DNA of 64,000 nucleotides from Rickettsiales bacterium (GTDB lineage Bacteria; Pseudomonadota; Alphaproteobacteria; Rickettsiales; UBA1997): NCBI GenBank assembly GCA_038123275.1, contig JAYORG010000010.1, positions 278 to 64,277 of the forward strand, read 5' to 3'. Shown piece by piece: positions 55,260 to 64,000 of this stretch (position 1 is its first letter; each line of letters starts with the position of its first letter). The notes under the pieces were generated by a model. It saw only the letters and a program-made list of their open reading frames with translations, ran no database searches and was not told where the DNA came from. The position numbers and the translations under genes were made by a program.

Positions 55260-57518
55260 ATGTCAGCAATAAAAAACAAAGATCAAGAAGCGTTAGATTT
55301 TCATAAAAATGGTAAGGCCGGAAAGGTTGAGATGAATGCTACTAAGCCACTTAATACTCAAAGAGAATTAGCTTTGGCATATTCTCCTGGAGTTGCTATT
55401 CCTTGTGTAGAAATTGAAAAAAATCCTGATACAGCTTATGATTATACGGCAAAAGGTAATTATGTTGCAGTAATTTCTAATGGAACAGCAGTTCTTGGTC
55501 TTGGTAATCTTGGGGCAATTGCAAGTAAGCCAGTTATGGAAGGTAAATCTGTTTTATTTAAAAGATTTGCTGATATTGATTCAGTTGATATAGAAGTGGC
55601 AACGCAAGATCCTAAAGAATTTATTAATTGCGTTAAATATTTGAGTCCAACTTGGGGTGGTGTTAATTTGGAAGATATTAAAGCTCCAGAATGTTTTACA
55701 ATTGAAAAAGAACTTCGTGAAATAATGGATGTGCCGGTATTTCATGATGATCAACACGGTACTGCTATTATCTCTGCTGCAGGAATTATTAATGCCTTAT
55801 ATATATCAGGTAAAAAAATTCAAGATATAAAAGTTGTTGTTAATGGAGCAGGTGCTGCTGGAATAGCATGTTTAGAGCTTTTAAAAGCAATGGGACTACC
55901 TCATAATAATGCTATTTTATGTGATACAAAAGGTGTTATATATAAAGGCAGAACAGAAAGGATGAATGAGTGGAAGGATACTCATGCAGCGGATACCAAA
56001 GATAGAACTTTAGATGACGCTATGAAAAATGCTGATGTTTTTCTAGGGCTTTCAGTTAAGGGTGCAGTTAGTCAAAAAATGGTTAAGTCAATGGCAAAAG
56101 ATCCTATCATTTTTGCTATGGCTAATCCAGATCCAGAAATTACACCAGAAGAAGTTAAAGAAGTTAGAAAAGATGCTATTGTTGCAACAGGAAGAAGTGA
56201 TTATGAAAATCAGGTTAATAATGTGATGGGTTTTCCTTATATATTTAGAGGTGCTTTAGATGTTAGAGCTTCAACTATTAATGAAGAAATGAAAATTGCA
56301 GCAGCTGAAGCAATTGCCAAATTGGCGCGTGAACATGTGCCAGCAGAAGTTATTAAAGCTTATGGTGGCAAAGAGATGAAGTTTGGACAGGAATATATTA
56401 TTCCTACTCCTTTTGACGCTAGACTAATTAGCACAATACCAGTTGCAGTAGCTAAAGCTGCTGTTAAGAGTGGTGTTGCTAAGAAGCCAATTACAGATTG
56501 GGATGCTTATGTTAAAGAATTGCAAGCTAGAAGAGATCCAACGGTTAATAGTTTAAGTTTTGCTTTTGATAAGTTAACTTTGTCACCAAAAAAAGTTATT
56601 TTTGCTGAAGGTGAGCAGCCAGAAATTATTAGAGTTGCTGCAATGTGGTATGAAAATGGATATGGTGAGCCAATTTTAATTGGCAAGAAAGATCGTATTT
56701 TAAATAATATGAAAGAAATGGGTATAAACCCTAAGGGTATTACCATATATAATGCAGCAATTTCTGAGGATAATTCTAGATATACTGATCATTTATATAA
56801 GAAATTACAAAGAGAGGGTGTTCTTTATTCAGATTGTTCAAGGATGGTTAAATTAGATCGCAATATTTTTGCCGCTTCTATGTTGGAATGTGGAGATGGA
56901 GATGCTTTAATTACTGGTTTAACTAGAGGCTATAAAAAATCTTTAACAGATATTTGGAAGGTTATTAAAAATCAAAAAGATAAGATTGTCATGGGTCTTT
57001 CTATGGTAATTTCAAAACAAAAAACAGTATTTATTGCTGACACAGCTTGTAGTGAATTATCTTCTTCTGAACATTTAGCAAGGATTGCTGTTCAGTCAGC
57101 AAATAAAGTTAAAAATATGGGTTATGAGCCAAGGGTAGCTTTTTTATCATTTTCTAATTTTGGAACTGCTTTGAGAACTGAGTCTGAAAGAGTTAAAAGA
57201 GCTGTAGAGATTTTGGATGAACAAAATGTTAATTTTGAATATGAAGGTGAAATGACTGCTGATGTAGCTCTTAATATGGATAAAATGGCAAAATATCCAT
57301 TTTCTCGTTTAACTGCTCCAGCTAATATTTTAATTTGTCCAGGGTTACATTCTGCTAGTATTGCTACTAAATTATTAGAAGAATTAGGAAGTTGTTCTGT
57401 TGTCGGGCCAATTTTAACTGGTCTTGAAAAGTCGGTTCAAGTTGTAACTATGAGGTCTTCAATTAACGATATTCTTAATATGGCGGCAATTGCTGCAACT
57501 GACAATATTAACGAATAG
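55260..57518 (+). CDS. maeB: NADP-dependent malic enzyme (malic enzyme domain fused to PTA-like domain)
   Basis: LALAYSPGVA, FHDDQHGTAII, VVNGAGAAG, plus a C-terminal phosphotransacetylase-like half of about 330 aa. Confidence 0.92.
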   Translation: MSAIKNKDQEALDFHKNGKAGKVEMNATKPLNTQRELALAYSPGVAIPCVEIEKNPDTAYDYTAKGNYVAVISNGTAVLGLGNLGAIASKPVMEGKSVLFKRFADIDSVDIEVATQDPKEFINCVKYLSPTWGGVNLEDIKAPECFTIEKELREIMDVPVFHDDQHGTAIISAAGIINALYISGKKIQDIKVVVNGAGAAGIACLELLKAMGLPHNNAILCDTKGVIYKGRTERMNEWKDTHAADTKDRTLDDAMKNADVFLGLSVKGAVSQKMVKSMAKDPIIFAMANPDPEITPEEVKEVRKDAIVATGRSDYENQVNNVMGFPYIFRGALDVRASTINEEMKIAAAEAIAKLAREHVPAEVIKAYGGKEMKFGQEYIIPTPFDARLISTIPVAVAKAAVKSGVAKKPITDWDAYVKELQARRDPTVNSLSFAFDKLTLSPKKVIFAEGEQPEIIRVAAMWYENGYGEPILIGKKDRILNNMKEMGINPKGITIYNAAISEDNSRYTDHLYKKLQREGVLYSDCSRMVKLDRNIFAASMLECGDGDALITGLTRGYKKSLTDIWKVIKNQKDKIVMGLSMVISKQKTVFIADTACSELSSSEHLARIAVQSANKVKNMGYEPRVAFLSFSNFGTALRTESERVKRAVEILDEQNVNFEYEGEMTADVALNMDKMAKYPFSRLTAPANILICPGLHSASIATKLLEELGSCSVVGPILTGLEKSVQVVTMRSSINDILNMAAIAATDNINE

Positions 57519-57554
57519 TTTTTATTCTTATTAATTAATAGTTTGCAAAATTAA

Positions 57555-59507
57555 ATGTTGATAAAATTAGTCTTATTATTTCCATTAATTGGATCACTTA
57601 CTTCAGGGTTATTGTGTCGGATAGTCTCTGATAGATTTGCTCAAATTTTTAATTCTGTTTTATTAACTTTATCAGCTATCATATCTGTAAAGATATTTTT
57701 TGATTTAAGGAGTAGTGGTGAGATAATTAATATTAGACTATTTGATTTTTTAACCTCAGGAAGTTTTTCTGCTAGTTGGTCATTGATGGTTGATAGCCTA
57801 ACTTCAATTATGTTGATAGTTGTTACTTTTGTGTCAGCCTTGGTTCATATTTATTCAATTGGATATATGGCAGATGATAAATCTATTCCAAGATTTATGT
57901 CTTACCTTTCTTTGTTTACTTTTTTTATGCTAATATTGGTTACTTCTAATAATTTCTTGCAACTTTTTGTTGGATGGGAAGGTGTTGGTGTTGCTTCTTA
58001 CTTATTAATTGGTTTTTGGTTTCATAAGCCTTCTGCTAATAATGCAGCTATGAAAGCTTTTATTGTTAATAGAGTGGGGGATTTTGGCTTAGTTATTGCA
58101 ATTGCATTAATATTTTTTACTTTTAATAGTATTAATTTTTCTGAAATATTTGTTATTGCCTCTGGCTCTGCTGAGCAAACATTTAACTTGGCTGGATATT
58201 CTATTAATTCAATTGATGCGATTTGTATATTATTATTTGTTGGTGCAATGGGTAAATCAGCACAAATTTTCTTACATACTTGGTTAGCTGATGCCATGGA
58301 AGGTCCAACTCCAGTTTCTGCTTTGATACATGCAGCAACCATGGTAACAGCTGGTATATTTTTAGTTGCAAGATGTTCTCCTTTGTTTGAGTTATCTCCC
58401 ATTGCTTTATCTGTAGTAACAATAGTTGGTGCTACAACAGCAATTTTTGCTGCTACAATTGCTATTACTCAAAATGATATTAAGAAAGTTATTGCTTATT
58501 CAACTTGTAGTCAGCTTGGTTATATGTTTTTTGCTTGCGGTGTTTCAGCTTATAGTGCCGGAATATTTCATCTAACTACGCATGCTTTCTTCAAAGCTTT
58601 ATTATTTTTAGGAGCTGGAAGCGTGATACATGCTATGCATCATGAGCAAGATATGAGAAAAATGGGTGGTATTTTTAAGAAGATACCTTTTACCTATGCT
58701 ATGATGTGGATAGGATCGATAGCTTTAATTGGATTTCCTCCTTTTGCTGGCTTTTATTCTAAAGATGTAATTTTAGAAGCAGCTTATATGTCTCACGCTA
58801 GTTTTAGTGATTTAGCATTTTATTTAGGAATAGCAGCTGCATTTTTGACTGCCTTTTATTCATTTAGGTTAATTTTTATGGTATTTCATGGTGAAACTAG
58901 GGCTGATAAAGATGTTTTTGATCATGCACACGAGTCGCCAAAGACAATATTGATTCCTTTATTATTTTTAAGTGTAGGGTCTATATTTGCAGGATATATT
59001 GGCTATAATTTACTTAATATGGTTTCGGCTCATGATAATTTCTTTGATAATGCAATTTTTGTTGCCTCTCATAATAAAGATCTTTTAGAAGAAATTCATC
59101 ATACTCCATTATTTATTAAATATTTACCTATAATTGTTGGGATATTTGCTTTTATTTTGGCTTATATAGTATATATTGCTAAGACAGAGCTGCCTGCTAG
59201 ATTAGCTAATATATTCAAGCCTCTTTACAAGTTATCCCTTAATAAATGGTATTTTGATGAAATTTATAACGGTATTTTTGTAAAGCCAATAAAATGTCTT
59301 GGTTTGTTTTTATGGAGCTTTATAGATAATAAAATTATTGATGGGCTAGGTCCAAATGGCTTTGCTACTCTTTCTAGGGTATTTTCTTCTAAAGTAAGCA
59401 AGATACAAACAGGGTATGTTTATCATTATTGTCTGGCTATGGTTTTAGGTTTATTGATATTTTTATCATATCTTTTATTTATTATTTATAATATTATTAA
59501 TATTTAA
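57555..59507 (+). CDS. nuoL: NADH-quinone oxidoreductase subunit L
   Basis: Polytopic antiporter-like subunit with WEGVGVASYLLIGFW, GKSAQIFLHTWLADAMEGPTPVSALIHAATMVTAG and a long C-terminal lateral-helix region. Confidence 0.92.
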   Translation: MLIKLVLLFPLIGSLTSGLLCRIVSDRFAQIFNSVLLTLSAIISVKIFFDLRSSGEIINIRLFDFLTSGSFSASWSLMVDSLTSIMLIVVTFVSALVHIYSIGYMADDKSIPRFMSYLSLFTFFMLILVTSNNFLQLFVGWEGVGVASYLLIGFWFHKPSANNAAMKAFIVNRVGDFGLVIAIALIFFTFNSINFSEIFVIASGSAEQTFNLAGYSINSIDAICILLFVGAMGKSAQIFLHTWLADAMEGPTPVSALIHAATMVTAGIFLVARCSPLFELSPIALSVVTIVGATTAIFAATIAITQNDIKKVIAYSTCSQLGYMFFACGVSAYSAGIFHLTTHAFFKALLFLGAGSVIHAMHHEQDMRKMGGIFKKIPFTYAMMWIGSIALIGFPPFAGFYSKDVILEAAYMSHASFSDLAFYLGIAAAFLTAFYSFRLIFMVFHGETRADKDVFDHAHESPKTILIPLLFLSVGSIFAGYIGYNLLNMVSAHDNFFDNAIFVASHNKDLLEEIHHTPLFIKYLPIIVGIFAFILAYIVYIAKTELPARLANIFKPLYKLSLNKWYFDEIYNGIFVKPIKCLGLFLWSFIDNKIIDGLGPNGFATLSRVFSSKVSKIQTGYVYHYCLAMVLGLLIFLSYLLFIIYNIINI

Positions 59508-59513
59508 GAAATA

Positions 59514-59987
59514 ATGAAGGAATTTAAGGAATTAAGAGAAAATTTTGGATTATTTGCTACTGGGGTTGCCATTGCTACTACTGCTGAAAATAATAATTTT
59601 AATATAGTCACAATTAATTCTTTGACATCTATTTCTTTGGATCCAGCTTTGCTTTTATTTTGCATTGATAATAAGTCTAGTAATTTTGAAGCTTTTACTA
59701 AAAATAAGAATTTTGCTATTAATCTTTTAACAGAAGATCAGATAGAATTATCAAAAACATTTTCTAAATCTGGCACAAAAGATTTTGATTTAGAAAAATA
59801 TTTTTTTACTAGTAATTCAAATAATTTAATCTTAAAAGATTCTTTAGGGTACTTTGAGTGTAGGCAGGACAATATTCTTCCCTGCGGTGATCATCATATA
59901 GTTATTGGTAGAATTAGTAATTTTTCTAAGTTAAATAAAGATAAAAAACCACTTCTTTATTTTAAGGGAAAATATAACTCCCTATAA
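59514..59987 (+). CDS. Flavin reductase-like (FMN-binding split-barrel) protein
   Basis: FATGVAIATT....NIVTINSLTSISLDPALLLFCID pattern. Confidence 0.7.
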   Translation: MKEFKELRENFGLFATGVAIATTAENNNFNIVTINSLTSISLDPALLLFCIDNKSSNFEAFTKNKNFAINLLTEDQIELSKTFSKSGTKDFDLEKYFFTSNSNNLILKDSLGYFECRQDNILPCGDHHIVIGRISNFSKLNKDKKPLLYFKGKYNSL

Positions 59988-60033
59988 TTTTTTAGCATTA
60001 TTTGATACATAATAATAGTAACTAGATTAGTTT

Positions 60034-61116
60034 ATGAAGTTATATATTATATTTTATCTCTTAGTAAGTATCTTTATTTCCTCAATTTCTTTTGCTAGTG
60101 GTTATCATAATCACGGTTATATTGGCAAAGCTCAATTTGATATAAGTGAGAAACGTTTTTCATTGTTTAATGAGGCAGGGGAATGTAAATATTTTTTTAA
60201 TGATATTCATTTTCATCCTAAAGATTTTACAATGCATGGAGAAAGTTTGGATAAGATATATGATGATACAGAAGGTAATTGTGTTAAAAAAATTTTAGTT
60301 GGGTCATTGCCTTTAATAGAACATTGGTCTGGGGATGGAAAAAGACCAGCTTATTATACAGATGATAAGTCTAAGTTTTACTGGAATACTTTTTCTGATA
60401 TCCCAACTTTTGAAGAATATAAAAAACTATCACAGCAAAAGAAATCTAAATATTTCTTTTTAATAAATGGATTTTTGCATTTTGATATGAGTGCTGTTGA
60501 CATGGTAAATCATACAATCAAATTATATGAAGATTTACCAATTGTGGGTTTTGGTGAAATATTTGGTGAACATGATATAATGTCTGATCAAATGAATCCG
60601 CCATCTTCAATTGATTCAAAATCTCTTGATAAGATATATAAGCTTGCCGGACAAAGAAATTGGTTTGTAATGATTCATAATAATTTATCCAACCGTTCGT
60701 TTAAGGGCCCGGTTGACCCTATATATTTAGCTTCTACTCAAGCTGTTTTAAAAAAACATAGAAAGACTTTATTTATATTGCCTCATGCTGGAATTATGAG
60801 AAATATTGTTATTGATAATTTAACAGAAGTTTTAGATAAGTTACTTAGAAGAAATAAGAATTTATATATAGATATATCATTTGTTGTTTTGGAAAATTAT
60901 ATAATGCCAGAAGGGTTTGTAGTTGATAAATGGGTTACTTTAATAGAGAAATATCCAAATAGGTTTCTTTTTGGAACAGATTATTTAGGAGGTTATAAAG
61001 ATTTTACAGATGTTAAAAAATATATTCCTTTACTAGATTCTTTAAGTTCTAAAACTGCTAAAAAGATTTCTAGTGGTAATTTTGAATATTTAGTTAATAG
61101 GTCTTTAAGAAAATAA
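60034..61116 (+). CDS. Secreted metal-dependent amidohydrolase-fold (TIM barrel) protein
   Basis: Signal peptide. FNDIHFHP (compare iDxHxH), VMIHNN, ILPHAG and LFGTDY (compare fGSDyP). Confidence 0.5.
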   Translation: MKLYIIFYLLVSIFISSISFASGYHNHGYIGKAQFDISEKRFSLFNEAGECKYFFNDIHFHPKDFTMHGESLDKIYDDTEGNCVKKILVGSLPLIEHWSGDGKRPAYYTDDKSKFYWNTFSDIPTFEEYKKLSQQKKSKYFFLINGFLHFDMSAVDMVNHTIKLYEDLPIVGFGEIFGEHDIMSDQMNPPSSIDSKSLDKIYKLAGQRNWFVMIHNNLSNRSFKGPVDPIYLASTQAVLKKHRKTLFILPHAGIMRNIVIDNLTEVLDKLLRRNKNLYIDISFVVLENYIMPEGFVVDKWVTLIEKYPNRFLFGTDYLGGYKDFTDVKKYIPLLDSLSSKTAKKISSGNFEYLVNRSLRK

Positions 61117-61117
61117 G

Positions 61118-61150
61118 ATAACTCTCTTAAATACGCTTTAAGAGAGTTAT
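61118..61150. terminator. Perfect 14-bp hairpin between convergent genes; T-rich tract follows on the minus strand (ppa terminator)
   Basis: ATAACTCTCTTAAA, loop tacgc, TTTAAGAGAGTTAT. The minus-strand reading is followed by CTTATTTTCTT. Confidence 0.5.
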
Positions 61151-61180
61151 TTGCTAGTTGATAAATTTAATGAATTGTTT

Positions 61181-61747
61181 TCATACTGATTGATCCTGAA
61201 GGGAATTTATTGTATGTTGTTTGTGATGTCTGTCCACGGCTTCAACAATTAGCTCTTTAGCTTTTTTTACGTCTTCAAATCCTTTGATTTTAACCCATTT
61301 TCCTTCTTCTAAATCTTTATATCTTTCAAAGAAGTGAAGAATTTTATTCATTAAAGTTTTTGGAATATCATCTTTTGATTCCATTTCAGAGTAGGCAGAG
61401 TTCAATCTTCTCACAGGAACGGCTATGATTTTTTCATCTTTGCCTTTTTCGTCTTCCATAATTAAAACTCCAATTGGTCTAGATTCAATGATAGATCCTG
61501 GTAAAACTGGATAATCACTAATTACTAGAACATCAATTGGGTCACCATCCTCTGATAAAGTGTGAGGAATAAAACCATAATTACAAGGGTAGTGCATTGG
61601 GGTTGAGATGAATCTATCAACAAAAATGGCGCTACTTTTTTTATCCATTTCATATTTTATTGGATTTCTAGAGTTCATAGGAACTTCTATAACAACATTA
61701 ACATGTTTAGGAACATCAGCTCCATTTTTTATTCTGTCTAAATTCAT
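61181..61747 (-). CDS. ppa: Inorganic pyrophosphatase (family I)
   Basis: VVIEVPMNS..KYEMDK, EDGDPIDVLV and an MEDEKG.DEKI segment. Confidence 0.9.
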   Translation of the reverse strand: MNLDRIKNGADVPKHVNVVIEVPMNSRNPIKYEMDKKSSAIFVDRFISTPMHYPCNYGFIPHTLSEDGDPIDVLVISDYPVLPGSIIESRPIGVLIMEDEKGKDEKIIAVPVRRLNSAYSEMESKDDIPKTLMNKILHFFERYKDLEEGKWVKIKGFEDVKKAKELIVEAVDRHHKQHTINSLQDQSV

Positions 61748-61773
61748 TTTTTTTTAAATTATTATTAATAAAA

Positions 61774-63063
61774 TTAGTTAGCTTCTAATATTAGAGCTGC
61801 TCCTTGACCACCTCCAATACATAAAGTTGCTAAACCTCTATGTTTATCTCGTCTTTTTAATTCTTTTAAAATATGAATTACTAAGCGAGTACCTGTCATT
61901 CCAACAGGATGACCTAGGGCAATGGCTCCACCATTAACATTTAAAGTGTCTTTCTTTATTATACCAAGTGCAGCCGATTTGTCCAGGTATTTTTTTGAAA
62001 ATTCTTTTGAGGCAAAGGCTTTTACACAGGCAATAACCTGAGCACTAAAGGCCTCGTTAATTTCTATTAAGTCAATATCTTTTAGGGTTAATTTTGATTT
62101 ATCAAAGACTTTTGATGATGCATAAACTGGACCTAGACCCATTCTTTCTGGCTCTAACCCTGCGTAAGCAAATTCTCTTAGGTAACCATCAACTTCTAAT
62201 CCTAGCTCTTTGGCTTTAGATTCTTTCATTAAAATAACAGCTGCAGCTGCATCAGTTAATTGAGAGGAATTTCCAACTGTAACTGTTCCAGTATGTTTTT
62301 CAAAATAAGGTTTTAATTTTGCTAAAGCTTTAATGTTTTGACATTTTCTAACACCTTCATCTTCACTGATAATTTTTCCATCTTTATCGTGACTATAAAT
62401 AGGCAGTATCTCTTCGCTAAAAATTTCTTTTTCAATAGCATTTTCAGCTTTTTGGTGGCTTTTTAAAGCAAATTCATCTTGCTCTTCTCTGGTAATGGAA
62501 AATTCTTTTGCTAGTACTTCAGCTGTACATCCCATTATAAGACCAGAGACTGGGTCAGTTAGACCTTGTTGCACTCCAATTATTGGCTTCAAAAAGCTTA
62601 ATCTAAAACTTAAAAAGGTTCTTAAGGTTGATATAATGGATTTAGATTTAAATAGATTAGCAAAAAAATTAGTCATTTTTTTATTGAACAATAATGGAAT
62701 ATTGCTCATTGATTCAGTTCCTCCGGCTAAAATAATTTCTGCTTCACCATTTAATATTTTAGAGACTCCGCTAGTTATTGCTTCCATGCCAGAAGCACAA
62801 TTTCTATGCACAGTATATGCTGGAACTTTATTTGGTATTCCGGCTTTAAGGGCTATGACTCTAGCTATATTAGCAGCATGTCCTGGTTGAGCCACATTGC
62901 CAAAAATAACTTCATCAATTAAGCTGGCATCAATTTTACTTCTAATTAAGACTTCTTTGGTAATTTTTGCACCCAAATCATCAGCTGTTAAGTTTTTCAA
63001 AGATCCACCAGCTTTTCCCATTGGGGTTCTAAGTCCACTAATAATAGCTATTCTTTCTTTCAT
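61774..63063 (-). CDS. Acetyl-CoA C-acyl/acetyltransferase (thiolase)
   Basis: Active-site VHRNCASGMEAI, NGGAIALGHPVGMTG and the C-terminal CIGGGQG. Confidence 0.9.
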   Translation of the reverse strand: MKERIAIISGLRTPMGKAGGSLKNLTADDLGAKITKEVLIRSKIDASLIDEVIFGNVAQPGHAANIARVIALKAGIPNKVPAYTVHRNCASGMEAITSGVSKILNGEAEIILAGGTESMSNIPLLFNKKMTNFFANLFKSKSIISTLRTFLSFRLSFLKPIIGVQQGLTDPVSGLIMGCTAEVLAKEFSITREEQDEFALKSHQKAENAIEKEIFSEEILPIYSHDKDGKIISEDEGVRKCQNIKALAKLKPYFEKHTGTVTVGNSSQLTDAAAAVILMKESKAKELGLEVDGYLREFAYAGLEPERMGLGPVYASSKVFDKSKLTLKDIDLIEINEAFSAQVIACVKAFASKEFSKKYLDKSAALGIIKKDTLNVNGGAIALGHPVGMTGTRLVIHILKELKRRDKHRGLATLCIGGGQGAALILEAN

Positions 63064-63151
63064 AAATTAATTGCTAATAAGTTTACAGTAAAATAAAATG
63101 CATCAAAGTTTTAACTGATAATTACAATTAAGAAAACTTAATTTAAGAAAA

Positions 63152-63943
63152 ATGATAAATCAAGAATTAATAGACTTTGCCAATCATTTGGCTGATTTGA
63201 GTTGCAATATTGTGCAAAAATACTTTCGTAAAGATATTGGTGAAGAAAAAAAGTTTGATGATACCCCTGTAACTTTAGTTGACAAGAAAGTTGAAAAAAT
63301 AATTAGAGAAGAGATTCTAAAAAAATATCCAAATCATGGTATAATCGGTGAAGAATATAATGATGTTAATAAAGATGCTGATTTTAAATGGGTGATTGAT
63401 CCAATCGATGGAACTTCTTCTTTTGTAATTGGTAAGCCTGTTTTTGGTACATTAATTGCTTTGACTTACAAAAATAATCCAATAATTGGTATTATTAATC
63501 AACCAATTAGCAATGAAAGATGGGTTGGAATAAAAGGTGAAGGGGTTACTTTTAATAATAAAAACATTGTTACAAGAAAATCTGGATCAATTTCTAACTC
63601 CATTCTTTGTGCAACATCGCCAGTATTTTTTAAGGATCTTGATTTAAAGTTTTTTAATCAGGTTAGAGATAAGACTAAATATCAAAAATATGGTGGTGTT
63701 TTTTATGGTGGAGATTGTTATTTATTTGGTCTTATGGCTTTGGGTTATGTTGATATTATTATTGAAACTGGTCTTAAATGTCATGATTATTGTTCTTTGG
63801 TTCCTATTGTTGAGGAAGCAGGAGGAGTAATTACTGATTGGAGTGGAAAAAGGCTGGATATTAATTCAAATGGTCAGATTTTGGCGTGTGGAGATAAAAG
63901 AGTGCACGAAGAAATATTAGGAATAGCAAAAAATATTTTTTAA
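63152..63943 (+). CDS. Inositol monophosphatase family protein (possibly histidinol-phosphatase HisN-like)
   Basis: IIGEE and WVIDPIDGTSSF metal-binding motifs, and a C-terminal GGDCY segment. Confidence 0.8.
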   Translation: MINQELIDFANHLADLSCNIVQKYFRKDIGEEKKFDDTPVTLVDKKVEKIIREEILKKYPNHGIIGEEYNDVNKDADFKWVIDPIDGTSSFVIGKPVFGTLIALTYKNNPIIGIINQPISNERWVGIKGEGVTFNNKNIVTRKSGSISNSILCATSPVFFKDLDLKFFNQVRDKTKYQKYGGVFYGGDCYLFGLMALGYVDIIIETGLKCHDYCSLVPIVEEAGGVITDWSGKRLDINSNGQILACGDKRVHEEILGIAKNIF

Positions 63944-64000
63944 TTTATTGTAAATTTTAATTAATACTTTACTTTTCTTGAATCCTTGCTGTCATAGCTC

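Noticed and set aside
57555-59507. nuoL standing alone (between maeB and a flavin reductase gene) as a sign of a novel Mrp-like or antiporter system
   Set aside because: The sequence has the full NuoL signature, including the C-terminal lateral helix. Scattered nuo genes are common in reduced intracellular alphaproteobacterial genomes. This is probably ordinary operon fragmentation.

Overview
This is an AT-rich (about 30% GC by eye) bacterial chromosome segment. I infer a host-associated proteobacterium, probably a Rickettsiales/Holosporales-like alphaproteobacterium. That inference rests on the eukaryote-type IleRS, maeB, nuoL, ccoS, gatB, ankyrin/OGFr/macro-domain giant proteins and dense palindromic intergenic repeats. 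Most of the roughly 55 CDS are housekeeping genes recognisable from hallmark motifs: purK, argC, mnmE, truA, ribF, nadA, trpS, dnaJ, queC, purD, phoU, lipA, gyrA, gatB, trxA, proC, ileS, hom, maeB, nuoL, ppa, a thiolase and others. I added three small or edge-truncated genes missing from the ORF track: a Bro-N/DinD-like gene at 1..685, a ycaR/Trm112-like gene at 8673..8852, and ccoS at 32724..32876. There are two tRNAs, Ser-UGA and Val-GAC. There are two IS elements, a decayed IS1-family copy and an apparently intact IS5-family copy with perfect inverted repeats. The most interesting observations are: (1) a translationally coupled operon of three uncharacterised envelope proteins whose topology mimics MshI(PilM-PilN)/PilO/PilP, ending in a PolB-type 3'-5' exonuclease with no secretin, ATPase or pilin nearby; (2) a 1498-aa modular protein with two tandem OGFr-like domains, a macro domain and a PDZ-like C-terminus; (3) a 778-aa protein that shares that C-terminal module and may be fused by frameshift to an upstream ankyrin gene; (4) a family of nested palindromic MITE/REP-like elements with at least 11 copies, all intergenic, showing compensatory stem changes; (5) an ileS that stops about 200 aa short, next to a repeat cluster; (6) an exactly 10-bp phased decamer array abutting tRNA-Ser, beside phage-type cargo. 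All family assignments come from motif recognition by eye. No database search was possible.
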